Of a stretch of 64,000 nucleotides of DNA, positions 1-9,638 are shown piece by piece (the stretch's first letter is position 1; the number at the start of each line of letters is the position of its first letter). The position numbers and the translations under genes are program-made. The notes under the pieces are model-generated. The model did no database searches. It was not told where the DNA came from and saw only the letters and a program-made list of their open reading frames with translations. Origin of the DNA: an uncultured Acidimicrobiaceae bacterium (GTDB lineage: Bacteria; Actinomycetota; Acidimicrobiia; Acidimicrobiales; Aldehydirespiratoraceae); contig CAJWHS010000002.1 of NCBI GenBank assembly GCA_913041415.1, forward strand, positions 17,994-81,993, given 5' to 3'.

Positions 1-817
1 GCATGAGATCCCACCCGGTCTGGAGCCAGCCCCAGGCCTGATCAGGGGTTGCGGTCACGTCGTCGGCGCGGGCGGCGACATAGGCGAGTCGAAACTCCTC
101 GAGCATGTCGGACCCGATGCCGTCGGTGCCCAGCGCAATCGGCAGATCAAACCGGGTCGGGCGGGCATAGCCCACCGAGTTGTTCATGTTCGACCGTGGG
201 TTGTGCACGAGAGTGCCGCAAAGACCGTGATCGTCGGGCAAGTGGACGCCATGGACGATCAACCAGTCGTCATCGCTGAAATCGACGAGCCGTTGCCAGG
301 TGTCGGCATCGCCCTCCGCAACGTGCACATGCACCCCGACGTCGTGCTTCCTCGCCAGCTCCGCCGCCGCAGCAATAGTGTCGTCGGAGCACGTGAAGGC
401 GGCGTGCAGGCCGACATATCCCTCGCGTTCACCGTCGCCCAGGAAACGATCGTTCTCGGCCAGACCGGCAGCAGCGCCCTCGGGACCGTGACGGTCGGTG
501 ACGCCGTAGGCGCACGAGATCCGAACGCCGACCTCCTGACAGGCGTCGGCGATCACCGAGAGGGAGCCCTCGATCGCATTTGGTGATTCGTGATGGTCAA
601 TGATTGCCGTCGTGCCCCGCTCGAGCGCCTCAAGCGCCCCGAGCTTCGCCGACCATTTGATCGCCTCCGGGTCGAGCGCAAGGTCGAGTCGCCACCAGAC
701 GAGTTCGAGGATCTCGTGGAAGCCGCCGGGTGTTCGCGGCGGTGCTGGCATCCCGCGAGCGAGTGCGCTGTATAGGTGGTGATGCGCACACACCAGACCC
801 GGTGTCGAGACCGTCAT
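1..817 (-). CDS. SsnA-like amidohydrolase (aminohydrolase superfamily); 3' end runs off the window
   Basis: Absent from the ORF track because there is no stop inside the window. Minus-strand translation from ATG 817..815 reads MTVSTPGLVCAHHHLYSALARGM..LVWWRLDLALD..IIDHHESP..VHNPRSNMNNSVGY..LGTDGIGSDMLEE. This matches E. coli SsnA motif for motif. The usual ~50-aa segment upstream of the HxH motif is not in frame, so the start is uncertain. Confidence 0.75.
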   Translation of the reverse strand, partial: MTVSTPGLVCAHHHLYSALARGMPAPPRTPGGFHEILELVWWRLDLALDPEAIKWSAKLGALEALERGTTAIIDHHESPNAIEGSLSVIADACQEVGVRISCAYGVTDRHGPEGAAAGLAENDRFLGDGEREGYVGLHAAFTCSDDTIAAAAELARKHDVGVHVHVAEGDADTWQRLVDFSDDDWLIVHGVHLPDDHGLCGTLVHNPRSNMNNSVGYARPTRFDLPIALGTDGIGSDMLEEFRLAYVAARADDVTATPDQAWGWLQTGWDLM

Positions 818-887
818 GAACGGATCATGGCACTTCGCAGGCGGATCGTGCTCGCACGACCACGCCTGGCGTCGACCTGTGGGTCGC

Positions 888-3476
888 TCAGGACCAAGCT
901 CTCGCCCGCTCGCGGTTGCGCTCGGTGCGCATCGGCAGCTCGTGACGCCACTCGCCGTCGTGGGCGTGCAGCGCCGCCGCAACTGCGCCGGCGGTGGGAA
1001 CAAGTCCGATCTCGCCGACACCCTTGATGCCGTACGGCGAGTTGGGGTCGGGCGACTCGACGAGGATCACCTCGGTCGGCGGCATGTCCTTTGGGCGGAT
1101 GATGTCGAGCGAACGCAGTGTCTCGTTGACTGGCTTGCCGTGCTCGTCGCAGGGGAAGCCCTCGGTGAGCGCGTAGCCGAGCCCCATGTGCACGGCACCC
1201 TCGATCTGGCCTTCGCAGAGCAACGGGTTGACTGCGCGGCCGACGTCATGGGCCGCCACGACGTTAATGATCTCGCCGGTCTCAGGGTCGAGCTCAACAA
1301 GCTGGGCGGCGTAGCCGAAGGTCGAGTGGATCACTGGGTTCTCGAGGCCGTCGTTGATCGAGTTGGTCCAGTCGACGACATAGACACCCTCGTACTCGAC
1401 GCCCTCCTCGCAGCCGCCGGCCATCGCGTTCCGGCAGGCATCGGCGACCGACCCGGCGCCCATTACCGTGCCGCGACTGCCGGTGGTCTGACCGGCGCCG
1501 AGCTCGCGGGTGGTGTCGACGACTACCTTGATGCGATCAGGATCGACACCGAGTTCCTCGACAGCAACCTGGCGGGTGACGGTGTGAATGCCCTGACCCA
1601 TCTCGGTCCAGCAGTGCCGGACCTCTATCGTGCCGTCGGGATCGAACCGCACGGTCGAACGGCTAACCTCATTGGCGCCGTTTCCGAGACCGGAGTTCTT
1701 CAAGCCGAGCCCCATGCCGACGGGGTTCCCGGCAGCGACCGCCGCATCCCATGCGGGTTTCACAGCGTCGAGACAGGCTCGGGCGCCGAGGCAGCCGTCG
1801 TCCATGATCTGGCCAGGGCCCCACACAACGCCTGGCTCGACGACATTGCGGCTGCGGATCTCCCACCCCGAGATCCCGGCCATCTCGGCGAGCCGATCCA
1901 TCGTCCCCTCCATCGCGAACTGGGCCTGATTGGCACCGAAACCGCGAAACGCGCCGCACACCGAGTTGTTGGTGCGCACTGCGACGGCGTCGATGTCGAT
2001 CGTCTCGGTGACGTATGGCCCGCTTGCGTGACCGGCGGCCCGCTCCAGCACCTTCATGCCCACCGAGGCGTACGGGCCGGAGTCGCCGATCATGCGGGCC
2101 TTGACGGCGAGGAGCTTGCCATCGGCGTCGCAGCCGACCTCGTACTCCATGCGGATCGGGTGGCGTTTCGTGTGCACGAGGAACGACTCTTCGCGCGAGA
2201 AGGTGGTCTTCACCGGGCGACTGAGTAGCCAGGCAGCGAGGGCGGTCTGGCCCTGGTTCGACATGTCTTCTTTGCCGCCGAATGCCCCGCCGTTCGAGAC
2301 GAGTTCGACGGTGACCTGGTCGGTGCTGACGTCGAGCATCCGGGCGATGTCGTTGCGGTCGTCCCACACGCCCTGACCACCGGAGTACACGTACAACGAT
2401 TCCGTCGACTCGTCGGCGCCAAGGGTCGGAACCGCAAGTGTCGATTCGGGTTCGAGGAACGCATGGTCGATGCGCTGAGTCTGGAAGGTCTGCCGGGCCA
2501 CGTGGGCCGATCGGGCGAGCGCCTCGTCGACGTCGCCGCGGATGTAGGTGGACCGGCTGAGTTCATTGCCCGGGAGGGTCCAGACGGCATCTTCGTCGGA
2601 GGCTAGCGCCGCCGCCGGATCGGTGAGTGGCTCATGAACGTCGTAGGTCACTGCGACCGCTGACGTGCCGGACCGAGCCTGGGCACGCGTGTCGGCCACG
2701 ACAAGCGCCACCACATCGCCGAGATAGGAGGTGCGGCCGCCGACCGGGATGAAGGCCGGCCAGTCCTTGTGGATCAGCCCGCTGCGCAGCTCGCCGGGAA
2801 CATCATCGGCGGTGAGCACAGCGACCACGCCAGGCATCGCGAGTGCAGCGGCCGGGTCGATCGCCACGATGTCGGCGCGAGCGTGTTCGCTGAGGACAAC
2901 CGCCCCGTGCAGACAGCCCTCGGGCTCCATGTCGTCGATGAAGCCCCTGTCCCCGAGCGAAAGTTCCTGGCCCTCGTATTTCGCACCGCGTCCGCCGACC
3001 CCACCCGCAGTGACGGCAACCGGGGTCTCGCCGGCGGCCAACGACTCGACCGCGTCGAGGATCTTCACGTAGCCGGTGCAGCGGCACAGATGAGCACCGA
3101 GATGGCGGGCGGCGTCGTCGCGGGTGGTCTCCTTGTCGCGGCGGAGCAACGCAACGGTGCGCATCACGATGCCAGGCGTGCAGAAGCCGCACTGCAGAGC
3201 GCCATGGGCGGCGAACGTGTCGGCCATCCGCTGCCGCTCGGTCTCGTCGACACCCTCGAGCGTGGTGATCTCGGCACCGGCCGCCTTCTCGAGCGAGGTC
3301 TGGCACGAGATGCGCGCCTTGCCGTCGATCAACACAGTGCAGCAACCGCACTGGCCTGACGGTGAACAGCCGTCTTTCGGCGAGGTGATCCGCAACTCGT
3401 CACGCAGGGCCGCAAGCAGATGATCGTGGTGGTCGCCGACTGTGACGGTCTGGCCGTTGACGGTGAATTCAGCCAT
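888..3476 (-). CDS. Molybdopterin hydroxylase with fused N-terminal 2x[2Fe-2S] domain and no FAD domain (XdhD / aldehyde-oxidoreductase-Mop architecture)
   Basis: ORF 888..3566. The likely start is the internal ATG at 3476, preceded by GGAGG, giving MAEFTVNGQ. Fe-S motifs: CSPSGQCGCCTV and QCGFCTPG..CRCTGY. Mo domain: NGGAFGGKEDMS. The start overlaps the stop of the upstream gene by 8 nt. Confidence 0.85.
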   Translation of the reverse strand: MAEFTVNGQTVTVGDHHDHLLAALRDELRITSPKDGCSPSGQCGCCTVLIDGKARISCQTSLEKAAGAEITTLEGVDETERQRMADTFAAHGALQCGFCTPGIVMRTVALLRRDKETTRDDAARHLGAHLCRCTGYVKILDAVESLAAGETPVAVTAGGVGGRGAKYEGQELSLGDRGFIDDMEPEGCLHGAVVLSEHARADIVAIDPAAALAMPGVVAVLTADDVPGELRSGLIHKDWPAFIPVGGRTSYLGDVVALVVADTRAQARSGTSAVAVTYDVHEPLTDPAAALASDEDAVWTLPGNELSRSTYIRGDVDEALARSAHVARQTFQTQRIDHAFLEPESTLAVPTLGADESTESLYVYSGGQGVWDDRNDIARMLDVSTDQVTVELVSNGGAFGGKEDMSNQGQTALAAWLLSRPVKTTFSREESFLVHTKRHPIRMEYEVGCDADGKLLAVKARMIGDSGPYASVGMKVLERAAGHASGPYVTETIDIDAVAVRTNNSVCGAFRGFGANQAQFAMEGTMDRLAEMAGISGWEIRSRNVVEPGVVWGPGQIMDDGCLGARACLDAVKPAWDAAVAAGNPVGMGLGLKNSGLGNGANEVSRSTVRFDPDGTIEVRHCWTEMGQGIHTVTRQVAVEELGVDPDRIKVVVDTTRELGAGQTTGSRGTVMGAGSVADACRNAMAGGCEEGVEYEGVYVVDWTNSINDGLENPVIHSTFGYAAQLVELDPETGEIINVVAAHDVGRAVNPLLCEGQIEGAVHMGLGYALTEGFPCDEHGKPVNETLRSLDIIRPKDMPPTEVILVESPDPNSPYGIKGVGEIGLVPTAGAVAAALHAHDGEWRHELPMRTERNRERARAWS

Positions 3477-4476
3477 GGTTGACCTCCGGTGAGGTTGGGG
3501 GCGTGGCGCCCTTTTGGGCGGTGATTGGGCCGTATGTGTCGGGGCGCCGGTATCGCTCGAAGTCAAACAGCGTCTCCCGGTACTTGGTGGTGAGGCTGAG
3601 ATCGATCTCGGCGGTGATGACCTCGTCGGCTTCGGTGTGGCAGCCGACGATGATTTCGCCGCTCGGGGCGATGATGCAGCTCTCGGCGAGCGATGGCACG
3701 CCCTCTTCGACCCCGCCCTTGCCGGTGCCGATGACGAAGAGGCCGTTCTGGTATGCCCCGGCCTGCATCACGAGCCGGTTGTGGAAGCCCTGGAGCGGGT
3801 TCTGGCTCGGGTCTGGCGCGTAGTGCTTCGGGGTGTTGTAACCGATCAGGATCAGCTCGGCGCCGTTCAGCGCAAGTACCCGATACGTCTCGGGCCAGCG
3901 GCGGTCGTTGCAGGTGGCCATCCCGACGACGCCGCCGAACGCATTCCACGTGTCGAACGAATTGCCGGGTTCGAAGTAGCGGCGTTCGAGGTGCTGAAAC
4001 TCCCGCCACGGCTCATGTTCACGATGACCAGGCAGGTGTATCTTGTGGTACCGGCCGACGATTGAACCGTCGCGTTCAACCAGGATCTGGGTGTTAAAGC
4101 GATGCCCATCGGGGGTGAGCTCGGCGTACCCGAGGCAGAACCCCACCTCAAGCTCGGCGGCACGCGCGAAGAGGCGTTTGGTCTCCGGCCCGGGCACCTC
4201 GGTCTCATAGAACGAGTCAAGGTCGAGCTCGGGATCGCCCTCGACATACCAACGGGGGAAGAAGGTGGTGAGCGCAAGTTCAGGGAAGGCAATTAGTTCG
4301 GCACCCTCGCCGTGGGCCTGCTCAAGAAGACGTATCAGGCGGTTGACGACCGATTCGCGTTGCTCGTTGCGGTGGATCGGGCCGAGCTGTCCCGCTGAGA
4401 CGACGAGGCGTCGCGGCGGTGGCGGCTCGTGGGCGCCACCCGCTGCAGCGTCGGGATCCATAGGGGTCGCGCTCAT
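3469..4476 (-). CDS. N-carbamoyl-D-amino-acid hydrolase-like carbon-nitrogen hydrolase (nitrilase superfamily)
   Basis: LVVSAGQLGPI..AELIAFPELALTTFFPRWY resembles D-carbamoylases. ATGA overlap with the upstream M20 gene. Confidence 0.8.
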   Translation of the reverse strand: MSATPMDPDAAAGGAHEPPPPRRLVVSAGQLGPIHRNEQRESVVNRLIRLLEQAHGEGAELIAFPELALTTFFPRWYVEGDPELDLDSFYETEVPGPETKRLFARAAELEVGFCLGYAELTPDGHRFNTQILVERDGSIVGRYHKIHLPGHREHEPWREFQHLERRYFEPGNSFDTWNAFGGVVGMATCNDRRWPETYRVLALNGAELILIGYNTPKHYAPDPSQNPLQGFHNRLVMQAGAYQNGLFVIGTGKGGVEEGVPSLAESCIIAPSGEIIVGCHTEADEVITAEIDLSLTTKYRETLFDFERYRRPDTYGPITAQKGATPPTSPEVNHG

Positions 4477-5717
4477 GTCGCGGCCAATTCGAGCATGACC
4501 TGAAGCAAGACGTTGGCGCCTGCCTTGAGGTCGGCTGGGCTGGTGTACTCGGCTGGGTTGTGACTCAACCCGTCCACCGATGGCACAAAGATCATTCCGG
4601 TCGGGCAGACCCGGGCCAGCATCTGGGCGTCGTGGCCGGCGCCGGACGGCATGCGGCGCACGGCGTGGCCCTGGGTGACGGCCGCTTGCTCGACGCAGGC
4701 GACGACCGCCTCGTTGAACTCGACGGGATCGAAGCGGGCGAGGCTCTTCGTCTCGATAGTGCAGCCCTCAGCGGCAGCCGCCTCGAGCAGGAACTCATGG
4801 GTTTGGCGTTCGGCGTCGAGCAGCACATCATTGTCGGTGTGGCGAAGGTCGATCGTGAAGTCGGCAGTGGCGGGCACGACGTTGACCAGGTTGGGATGCA
4901 AATGCATTCGGCCGACAGTTGCGACCTGCGGAGCCCCGAGTTCATCGGCCAGTTCACGGACGAATGCCGCCGTCCGGAAGGCAACGACGGCGGGATCCTT
5001 GCGCAATGCCATCGGGGTGGTGCCGGCGTGGTTGGACTGGCCGGTCACGCTCACTTCGGTCCAGCTGATGCCCTGGACCCCCGTGACTGCTCCGATGGTC
5101 AACTCCTCGGCCTCCAGCACCGGGCCCTGCTCGACATGGAGTTCGACGAAGGCGTGCGGTGCCGGGGCGGGGATTGGGGCAGGCCCGAGATAGCCGATGC
5201 GATCGAGTTCGCCCCCGACGGTGGCGCCGTCGATCCCCTCGATCGCGAGGGCCTCCTCGACGCTCATGCCGCCGACGTAAACAAGGCTGCCGAGCATGTC
5301 GGGCGGGAAGCGGGCACCCTCCTCGTCGGTGAAGAACGCAACAGCAAGGCCTCGCTGCGGGGTGATACCGGCGGCCCGAAGCGTTTCGATTACCTCGAGC
5401 CCGGCCAGCACGCCCAGATTGCCGTCGTACCGGCCACCGGTGCGCACGGTGTCGATGTGGGAGCCCGTCATGACGGGTTGACCGTCGTGCTCGCCATCCA
5501 TGACGCCGACGACGTTGCCGATGCTGTCGACGGTGATCGTGAGGTCGAGATCACGCATCCACGACACAACCAGATCGCGACCGGCTTTGTCCTCATCGGT
5601 CAGGGCGAGGCGGGCGCATCCCTCGGTGCCCTCGATGGCGCCGATCTCGGCCAACGCTGCCAACCGATCGCTGAGCCGGTCGATATCGATGCGCAGGTCG
5701 CTCGAGAGGGTTGCCAT
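4473..5717 (-). CDS. M20-family Zn amidohydrolase (allantoate amidohydrolase / N-carbamoyl-L-amino-acid hydrolase / beta-ureidopropionase type)
   Basis: 414 aa. GSHIDTVRTGGRYDGNLGVLAGLEVIETL is the AllC/AmaB-type signature. Confidence 0.8.
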   Translation of the reverse strand: MATLSSDLRIDIDRLSDRLAALAEIGAIEGTEGCARLALTDEDKAGRDLVVSWMRDLDLTITVDSIGNVVGVMDGEHDGQPVMTGSHIDTVRTGGRYDGNLGVLAGLEVIETLRAAGITPQRGLAVAFFTDEEGARFPPDMLGSLVYVGGMSVEEALAIEGIDGATVGGELDRIGYLGPAPIPAPAPHAFVELHVEQGPVLEAEELTIGAVTGVQGISWTEVSVTGQSNHAGTTPMALRKDPAVVAFRTAAFVRELADELGAPQVATVGRMHLHPNLVNVVPATADFTIDLRHTDNDVLLDAERQTHEFLLEAAAAEGCTIETKSLARFDPVEFNEAVVACVEQAAVTQGHAVRRMPSGAGHDAQMLARVCPTGMIFVPSVDGLSHNPAEYTSPADLKAGANVLLQVMLELAAT

Positions 5718-5748
5718 ATCGGGGTGAAGTTAACAAACTGTCAAAGGC

Positions 5749-6243
5749 ATGGCTACCAGCGCAACCGCCGACATCCGGGCTGAGCTCCTGGTTGAGCCGT
5801 TTGTGGAGGGCGCGCCCGGGCACCACGTCACCATGGCGCTGGAGGCCTGCCGCTCCCATGGTCTGGAGCCGGAGATGGGGCCGTTTGCAACGGTGATCGT
5901 CGGCCCGATCGGCACAGTCACGGCGGCGGTCGAGTCGATGAGCCAGGCTGCGCTCGCGCACGGTGCGACCGCCGTGCAGGTGCGATTGGGGGAGAGCCCG
6001 GCCACCACCCGCTTCGGTGATCTCCACGATGTTCTCGCCCAGATGGTCGCCGCAGTTGAGGAGCAGCTCGGAGCACCGCTGGCCGGACTCAGTCGTGAGC
6101 AGAAGCAGGCCGCCGTTCGGATCCTCGACCAGCGGGGTGCCTTCTTGCTCCGCAAGGCAGTCGAATCGGTCGGCGAGATGATGGGTGTCAGCCGCATCAC
6201 GATCTACAACTACTTGAACGCCATTCACAACGACGATGACTGA
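5749..6243 (+). CDS. Putative regulator: MTH1187/YkoF-like ligand-binding domain fused to a C-terminal helix-turn-helix
   Basis: N-terminus: ADIRAELLVEPFVEG..GPFATVIVGP. C-terminus: AVESVGEMMGVSRITIYNYLNAI. Divergent from the carbamoylase operon. Overlaps the next gene by 8 nt. Confidence 0.6.
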   Translation: MATSATADIRAELLVEPFVEGAPGHHVTMALEACRSHGLEPEMGPFATVIVGPIGTVTAAVESMSQAALAHGATAVQVRLGESPATTRFGDLHDVLAQMVAAVEEQLGAPLAGLSREQKQAAVRILDQRGAFLLRKAVESVGEMMGVSRITIYNYLNAIHNDDD

Positions 6244-7621
6244 CCTTCCGATCCGCGCTGACCTCCTGATTCATGGAGCTGCCCTCGTGGCCACGGTCGA
6301 CGACGACCGTCGCGAGCTCGCCGGTGGCTGGGTGGCGATCACCGACGGGTTGATCTCTGGCGTCGGGGGCTCGACCGCCCCGATGCCCGATGCCGAACGC
6401 ATCATCGACGCTGGCGGCTGCCTCGTCACTCCTGGCCTGATCAACACCCACCACCACTTGTTCCAGAACCTCACCCGCGCCTACCCGCCGATGACGAGCG
6501 CCCCGCTCTTCGGGTGGCTGCAGTCGCTCTACCCGCTGTGGACCGCCGCGATCGATGAGGAGGCAGAGTACCTCGCCGCCTGGGTCGGTCTTGCCGAACT
6601 AGCGCTCTCCGGCTGCACCACCTCCTCGGATCACCACTATCTCCATCCGGTTCGGGCGGGTGATCTGCTCGGCGCGGAGATCCAGGCTGCGGTCGATCTC
6701 GGCATGCGCTTCCACCCGACCTATGCGTCGATGTCGGTGGGGGAGAGCGACGGTGGACTCCCACCCGACGACGCCGTGCGCGACGAAGACGACATCCTCG
6801 CCGAGTCGCAACGGGCGGTGGAACGCCATCACGACCGCAGCCATGGCGCGATGGTCCGGGTTGCGCTCGCTCCCTGCTCACCGTTCTCGGTGAGCGAGGA
6901 CCTCATGACCCGCAGCGCCGAACTCGCCGAACGCCTCGACGTTCGCCTGCACACCCACCTTGCCGAGAACAGCGAAGATGACGAGTACGCGATCGCCACC
7001 TTTGGCATGCGGCCCGTCGATTACTACGAGCATTGCGGCTGGATGTCGGATCGCAGTTGGAGTGCTCACGTCGTCATGCCGAACCCGGACGAAGTCGCCC
7101 GGCTCGGCGCTGCCGGCGTCGGTATAGCCCACTGCCCGAGCTCGAACATGATCCTGTCGTCGGGTATCGCCCCAGTTGTCGATCTCCGTCTTGCCGGCTG
7201 TCACGTCGGCCTCGGCTGCGACGGTTCGTCGTCGGCTGACTCCGCCTCGCTGTGGCAGGAGGCTCGCCTCGCCATGCTGCAGGGCAAGTTGAAGAGCGGT
7301 GCCGACGCGATGGGCGCCCGCACCACCCTCGAGATTTCCACTCGCGGCGGTGCCGGTTGCCTTGGCCGCATCGGAGAGATCGGTGAGCTGTCGGTCGGGG
7401 CGGTCGGCGACATTGCCGTCTGGAAACTCGACGGCCCGATCTTCGCAGGCGTGCTCGACGACCTCATCGAGGGCTGGCTGCGAACTGGCCCTCACTCGGC
7501 CTGGCACACGGTCGTCGCCGGTCGTCTCATTGTCGAGTCGGGCCTGCTCGTCGCTCCGGACCTCGACGAAAAGCTGGGGGCGCATGCAGCGGCTGCTCGT
7601 CGCTTCCAACCGACTGACTAA
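6236..7621 (+). CDS. Amidohydrolase, 8-oxoguanine-deaminase / isoxanthopterin-deaminase-like
   Basis: 461 aa. LVTPGLINTHHHLFQNLTRAY and HLAEN motifs of the guanine/8-oxoguanine deaminase clade. Confidence 0.75.
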   Translation: MTDLPIRADLLIHGAALVATVDDDRRELAGGWVAITDGLISGVGGSTAPMPDAERIIDAGGCLVTPGLINTHHHLFQNLTRAYPPMTSAPLFGWLQSLYPLWTAAIDEEAEYLAAWVGLAELALSGCTTSSDHHYLHPVRAGDLLGAEIQAAVDLGMRFHPTYASMSVGESDGGLPPDDAVRDEDDILAESQRAVERHHDRSHGAMVRVALAPCSPFSVSEDLMTRSAELAERLDVRLHTHLAENSEDDEYAIATFGMRPVDYYEHCGWMSDRSWSAHVVMPNPDEVARLGAAGVGIAHCPSSNMILSSGIAPVVDLRLAGCHVGLGCDGSSSADSASLWQEARLAMLQGKLKSGADAMGARTTLEISTRGGAGCLGRIGEIGELSVGAVGDIAVWKLDGPIFAGVLDDLIEGWLRTGPHSAWHTVVAGRLIVESGLLVAPDLDEKLGAHAAAARRFQPTD

Positions 7622-7715
7622 GTCGTCGGTTCTCCCTTTCGTTTCCTCACGCACTGCGCCGCGCTGCGAGATCGAGTGGCGCTCGGGTTCCGCACGGGAG
7701 GACTACCTTCGGCGC

Positions 7716-8465
7716 ATGCCCGTCAAGACCGAACGCCACGGTGGCGTGCTCGTCGTCCAACTCGATCGCGACGAGAAGCGCAACGCCATCGACGGCGAAA
7801 TGACCGAATCGATCAGTGCCGCGCTCGACGTCGGCGAGGATGATCCCGCCGTGCGAGCGATCGTGATCGCCGGTGGACCGACGGTCTTCTGCGCAGGCAC
7901 CGACATTGCCGAGGGCTCCGGCACGCCGACCAGCCGTGGCGGGGAGTACGGCATCATCCGACGTCGCTCGACCACGCCGATCATCGCCGCAGTCGAGGGT
8001 TCGGCCTTCGGAGGCGGGTTCGAGATCGCGCTCGCCTGCCACCTGATTGTTGCGTCATCAACGGCCACCTTCGGACTGCCCGAGGTGCGGCGCGGTCTCG
8101 TCGCAACGAGTGCAGGCCTGTTCCGAGTGCCCCGGGCGATGCCCCTGAACATGGCGAGGGAGATGCTGCTGACCGGGGATCCAGTTTCGGCGCAGCGCCT
8201 GGCCGACCTGGGTGTCGTCAACCGGGTCGTCGAGCCGGGTATGGCAATCGCCGAGGCCATCACGCTCGCTGAACGGATCGAACACAACGCGCCGACCTCG
8301 ATTCGCGCCACTCTCAATGCGCTCGACACGATCGCGAAAGATGACGATGCGGTCGGTTGGGCCGCCACAGAAGCGGCGCTGCACACGATCCTCACGAGCG
8401 AAGATCGCGAGGAAGGGCTCGCCGCATTCTTCGAGCGCCGACCGCCCGAGTGGCCGGGCCGATGA
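7716..8465 (+). CDS. Enoyl-CoA hydratase/isomerase (crotonase) family protein
   Basis: The ORF track starts at 7299 with an Arg/Ser-rich extension. The start at ATG 7716 after GGGAGG gives MPVKTERHGGVLVVQLDRDEKRNAI..FCAGTDI. Confidence 0.8.
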   Translation: MPVKTERHGGVLVVQLDRDEKRNAIDGEMTESISAALDVGEDDPAVRAIVIAGGPTVFCAGTDIAEGSGTPTSRGGEYGIIRRRSTTPIIAAVEGSAFGGGFEIALACHLIVASSTATFGLPEVRRGLVATSAGLFRVPRAMPLNMAREMLLTGDPVSAQRLADLGVVNRVVEPGMAIAEAITLAERIEHNAPTSIRATLNALDTIAKDDDAVGWAATEAALHTILTSEDREEGLAAFFERRPPEWPGR

Positions 8466-8468
8466 CGT

Positions 8469-9596
8469 TCAGACGTCGATGAGTTCGATCGTCGGCGGGA
8501 TGTCCTCGACGACCTGGTTGTAACGCAGCCCCCAGGTGCCGTGATCGTGGTGGGCGGTCGAGATCCAGTTGCCCCAGCCCAGATCGGTGCGGCTCACGAC
8601 GATTCGGACCGTGCCATCGTCCTCGTAGCGGGCAGTGTGTTTGTTGACCGTGACGGGGAAGCGTCGGTAGTCGAGTGACTCCTCCCACATGTTGTTGAGC
8701 TGGAAGTTCCAGTAGAAGGCATTGATTGCCGGCACGGTGATGAGGAACGCCTTGCCCTCGGGAAGATCCCAGCAGCCGTGACGGAAAAGTTGATTCGGGT
8801 CGCCCCAGCCACCGGGGCCGTCGTCTTGGGGCAGAAACTCGAGAGTGTTTGGGCTCTCGCGGAACATCACCAGCCAGTCGAGGAAACGCTGCACGATGCC
8901 GTGGACGTAGAAGCCGCTCATCGCGAGTCCGGTGGCTAACTCGTCGGCCGACAGCGCTCCAGGGTGCTCGGTTGGCGGATTCAGGCACTCGATCTCGAGT
9001 TCCGACGATCGTTCGTGTTTCCGGTCAAGGAAAAAGTTGCGGACGATGATCACCGTCGTCGCCGGAGACATCTCCAGCCACTGCTGGCCGGGAGCGAGTT
9101 CCGGTGGTTCGGCGCTGGCGATGATGTCGATTGGCCGGTCTTGGTCCGGGTCGTTGTCGGTGATGTTTCCCTGTGCGCCCGGGGTCGCAGAGTTCGTTCC
9201 GTAGCCACCCGAATACGCGCCGATACTGAGGAAGTTGACGGTGCCGCGCGTGCCTGTAATGCGGTAGTCGTACCGGGGGTCGACCCCGACATTGCGATAG
9301 TCGGCGTCGGGATTGTCACAACCGATCTTCAGGTTGAACGGAATCGGCAAGATAAAGGGACGAACCCGGTCGCCGTTCTCGATGAACGCCGTGAGCCCAC
9401 CACGGGCCAGCCGGCTCAGATAGCGGAAACCCTCGATGCGATCGAGGCCATCGGTGCTGTTCGCCGTGATGAGGTCGCCAGCCGACTTCAAGGCATCGCA
9501 GAAGTCCGCCCACGCCCTGCCGTCGACCACGTCGTCTCGGTGCTGCCCGTCCATCATGCACCGACAGTACGTGCCGGCGTCTGCATCGCACATCAT
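8469..9596 (-). CDS. Conserved hypothetical protein, DUF1214-like
   Basis: 375-aa ORF with high GC3. EGFRYLSRLARGGL..KIGCDNPDADYRNV..YRITGTRG resembles DUF1214 proteins. The start may be an internal Met near 9557. Confidence 0.55.
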   Translation of the reverse strand: MMCDADAGTYCRCMMDGQHRDDVVDGRAWADFCDALKSAGDLITANSTDGLDRIEGFRYLSRLARGGLTAFIENGDRVRPFILPIPFNLKIGCDNPDADYRNVGVDPRYDYRITGTRGTVNFLSIGAYSGGYGTNSATPGAQGNITDNDPDQDRPIDIIASAEPPELAPGQQWLEMSPATTVIIVRNFFLDRKHERSSELEIECLNPPTEHPGALSADELATGLAMSGFYVHGIVQRFLDWLVMFRESPNTLEFLPQDDGPGGWGDPNQLFRHGCWDLPEGKAFLITVPAINAFYWNFQLNNMWEESLDYRRFPVTVNKHTARYEDDGTVRIVVSRTDLGWGNWISTAHHDHGTWGLRYNQVVEDIPPTIELIDV

Positions 9597-9638
9597 CAGC
9601 GACGTCGTCGCCGCATAGGGCGTTACCGCTGCGCTGGG

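Noticed and set aside
816-2228. 470-aa plus-strand ORF
   Set aside because: Lies entirely antisense to the Mo-hydroxylase gene (888-3476). Composition is Arg/Gly/Ala/Asp-rich with no motifs. This is the usual shadow ORF of high-GC DNA.
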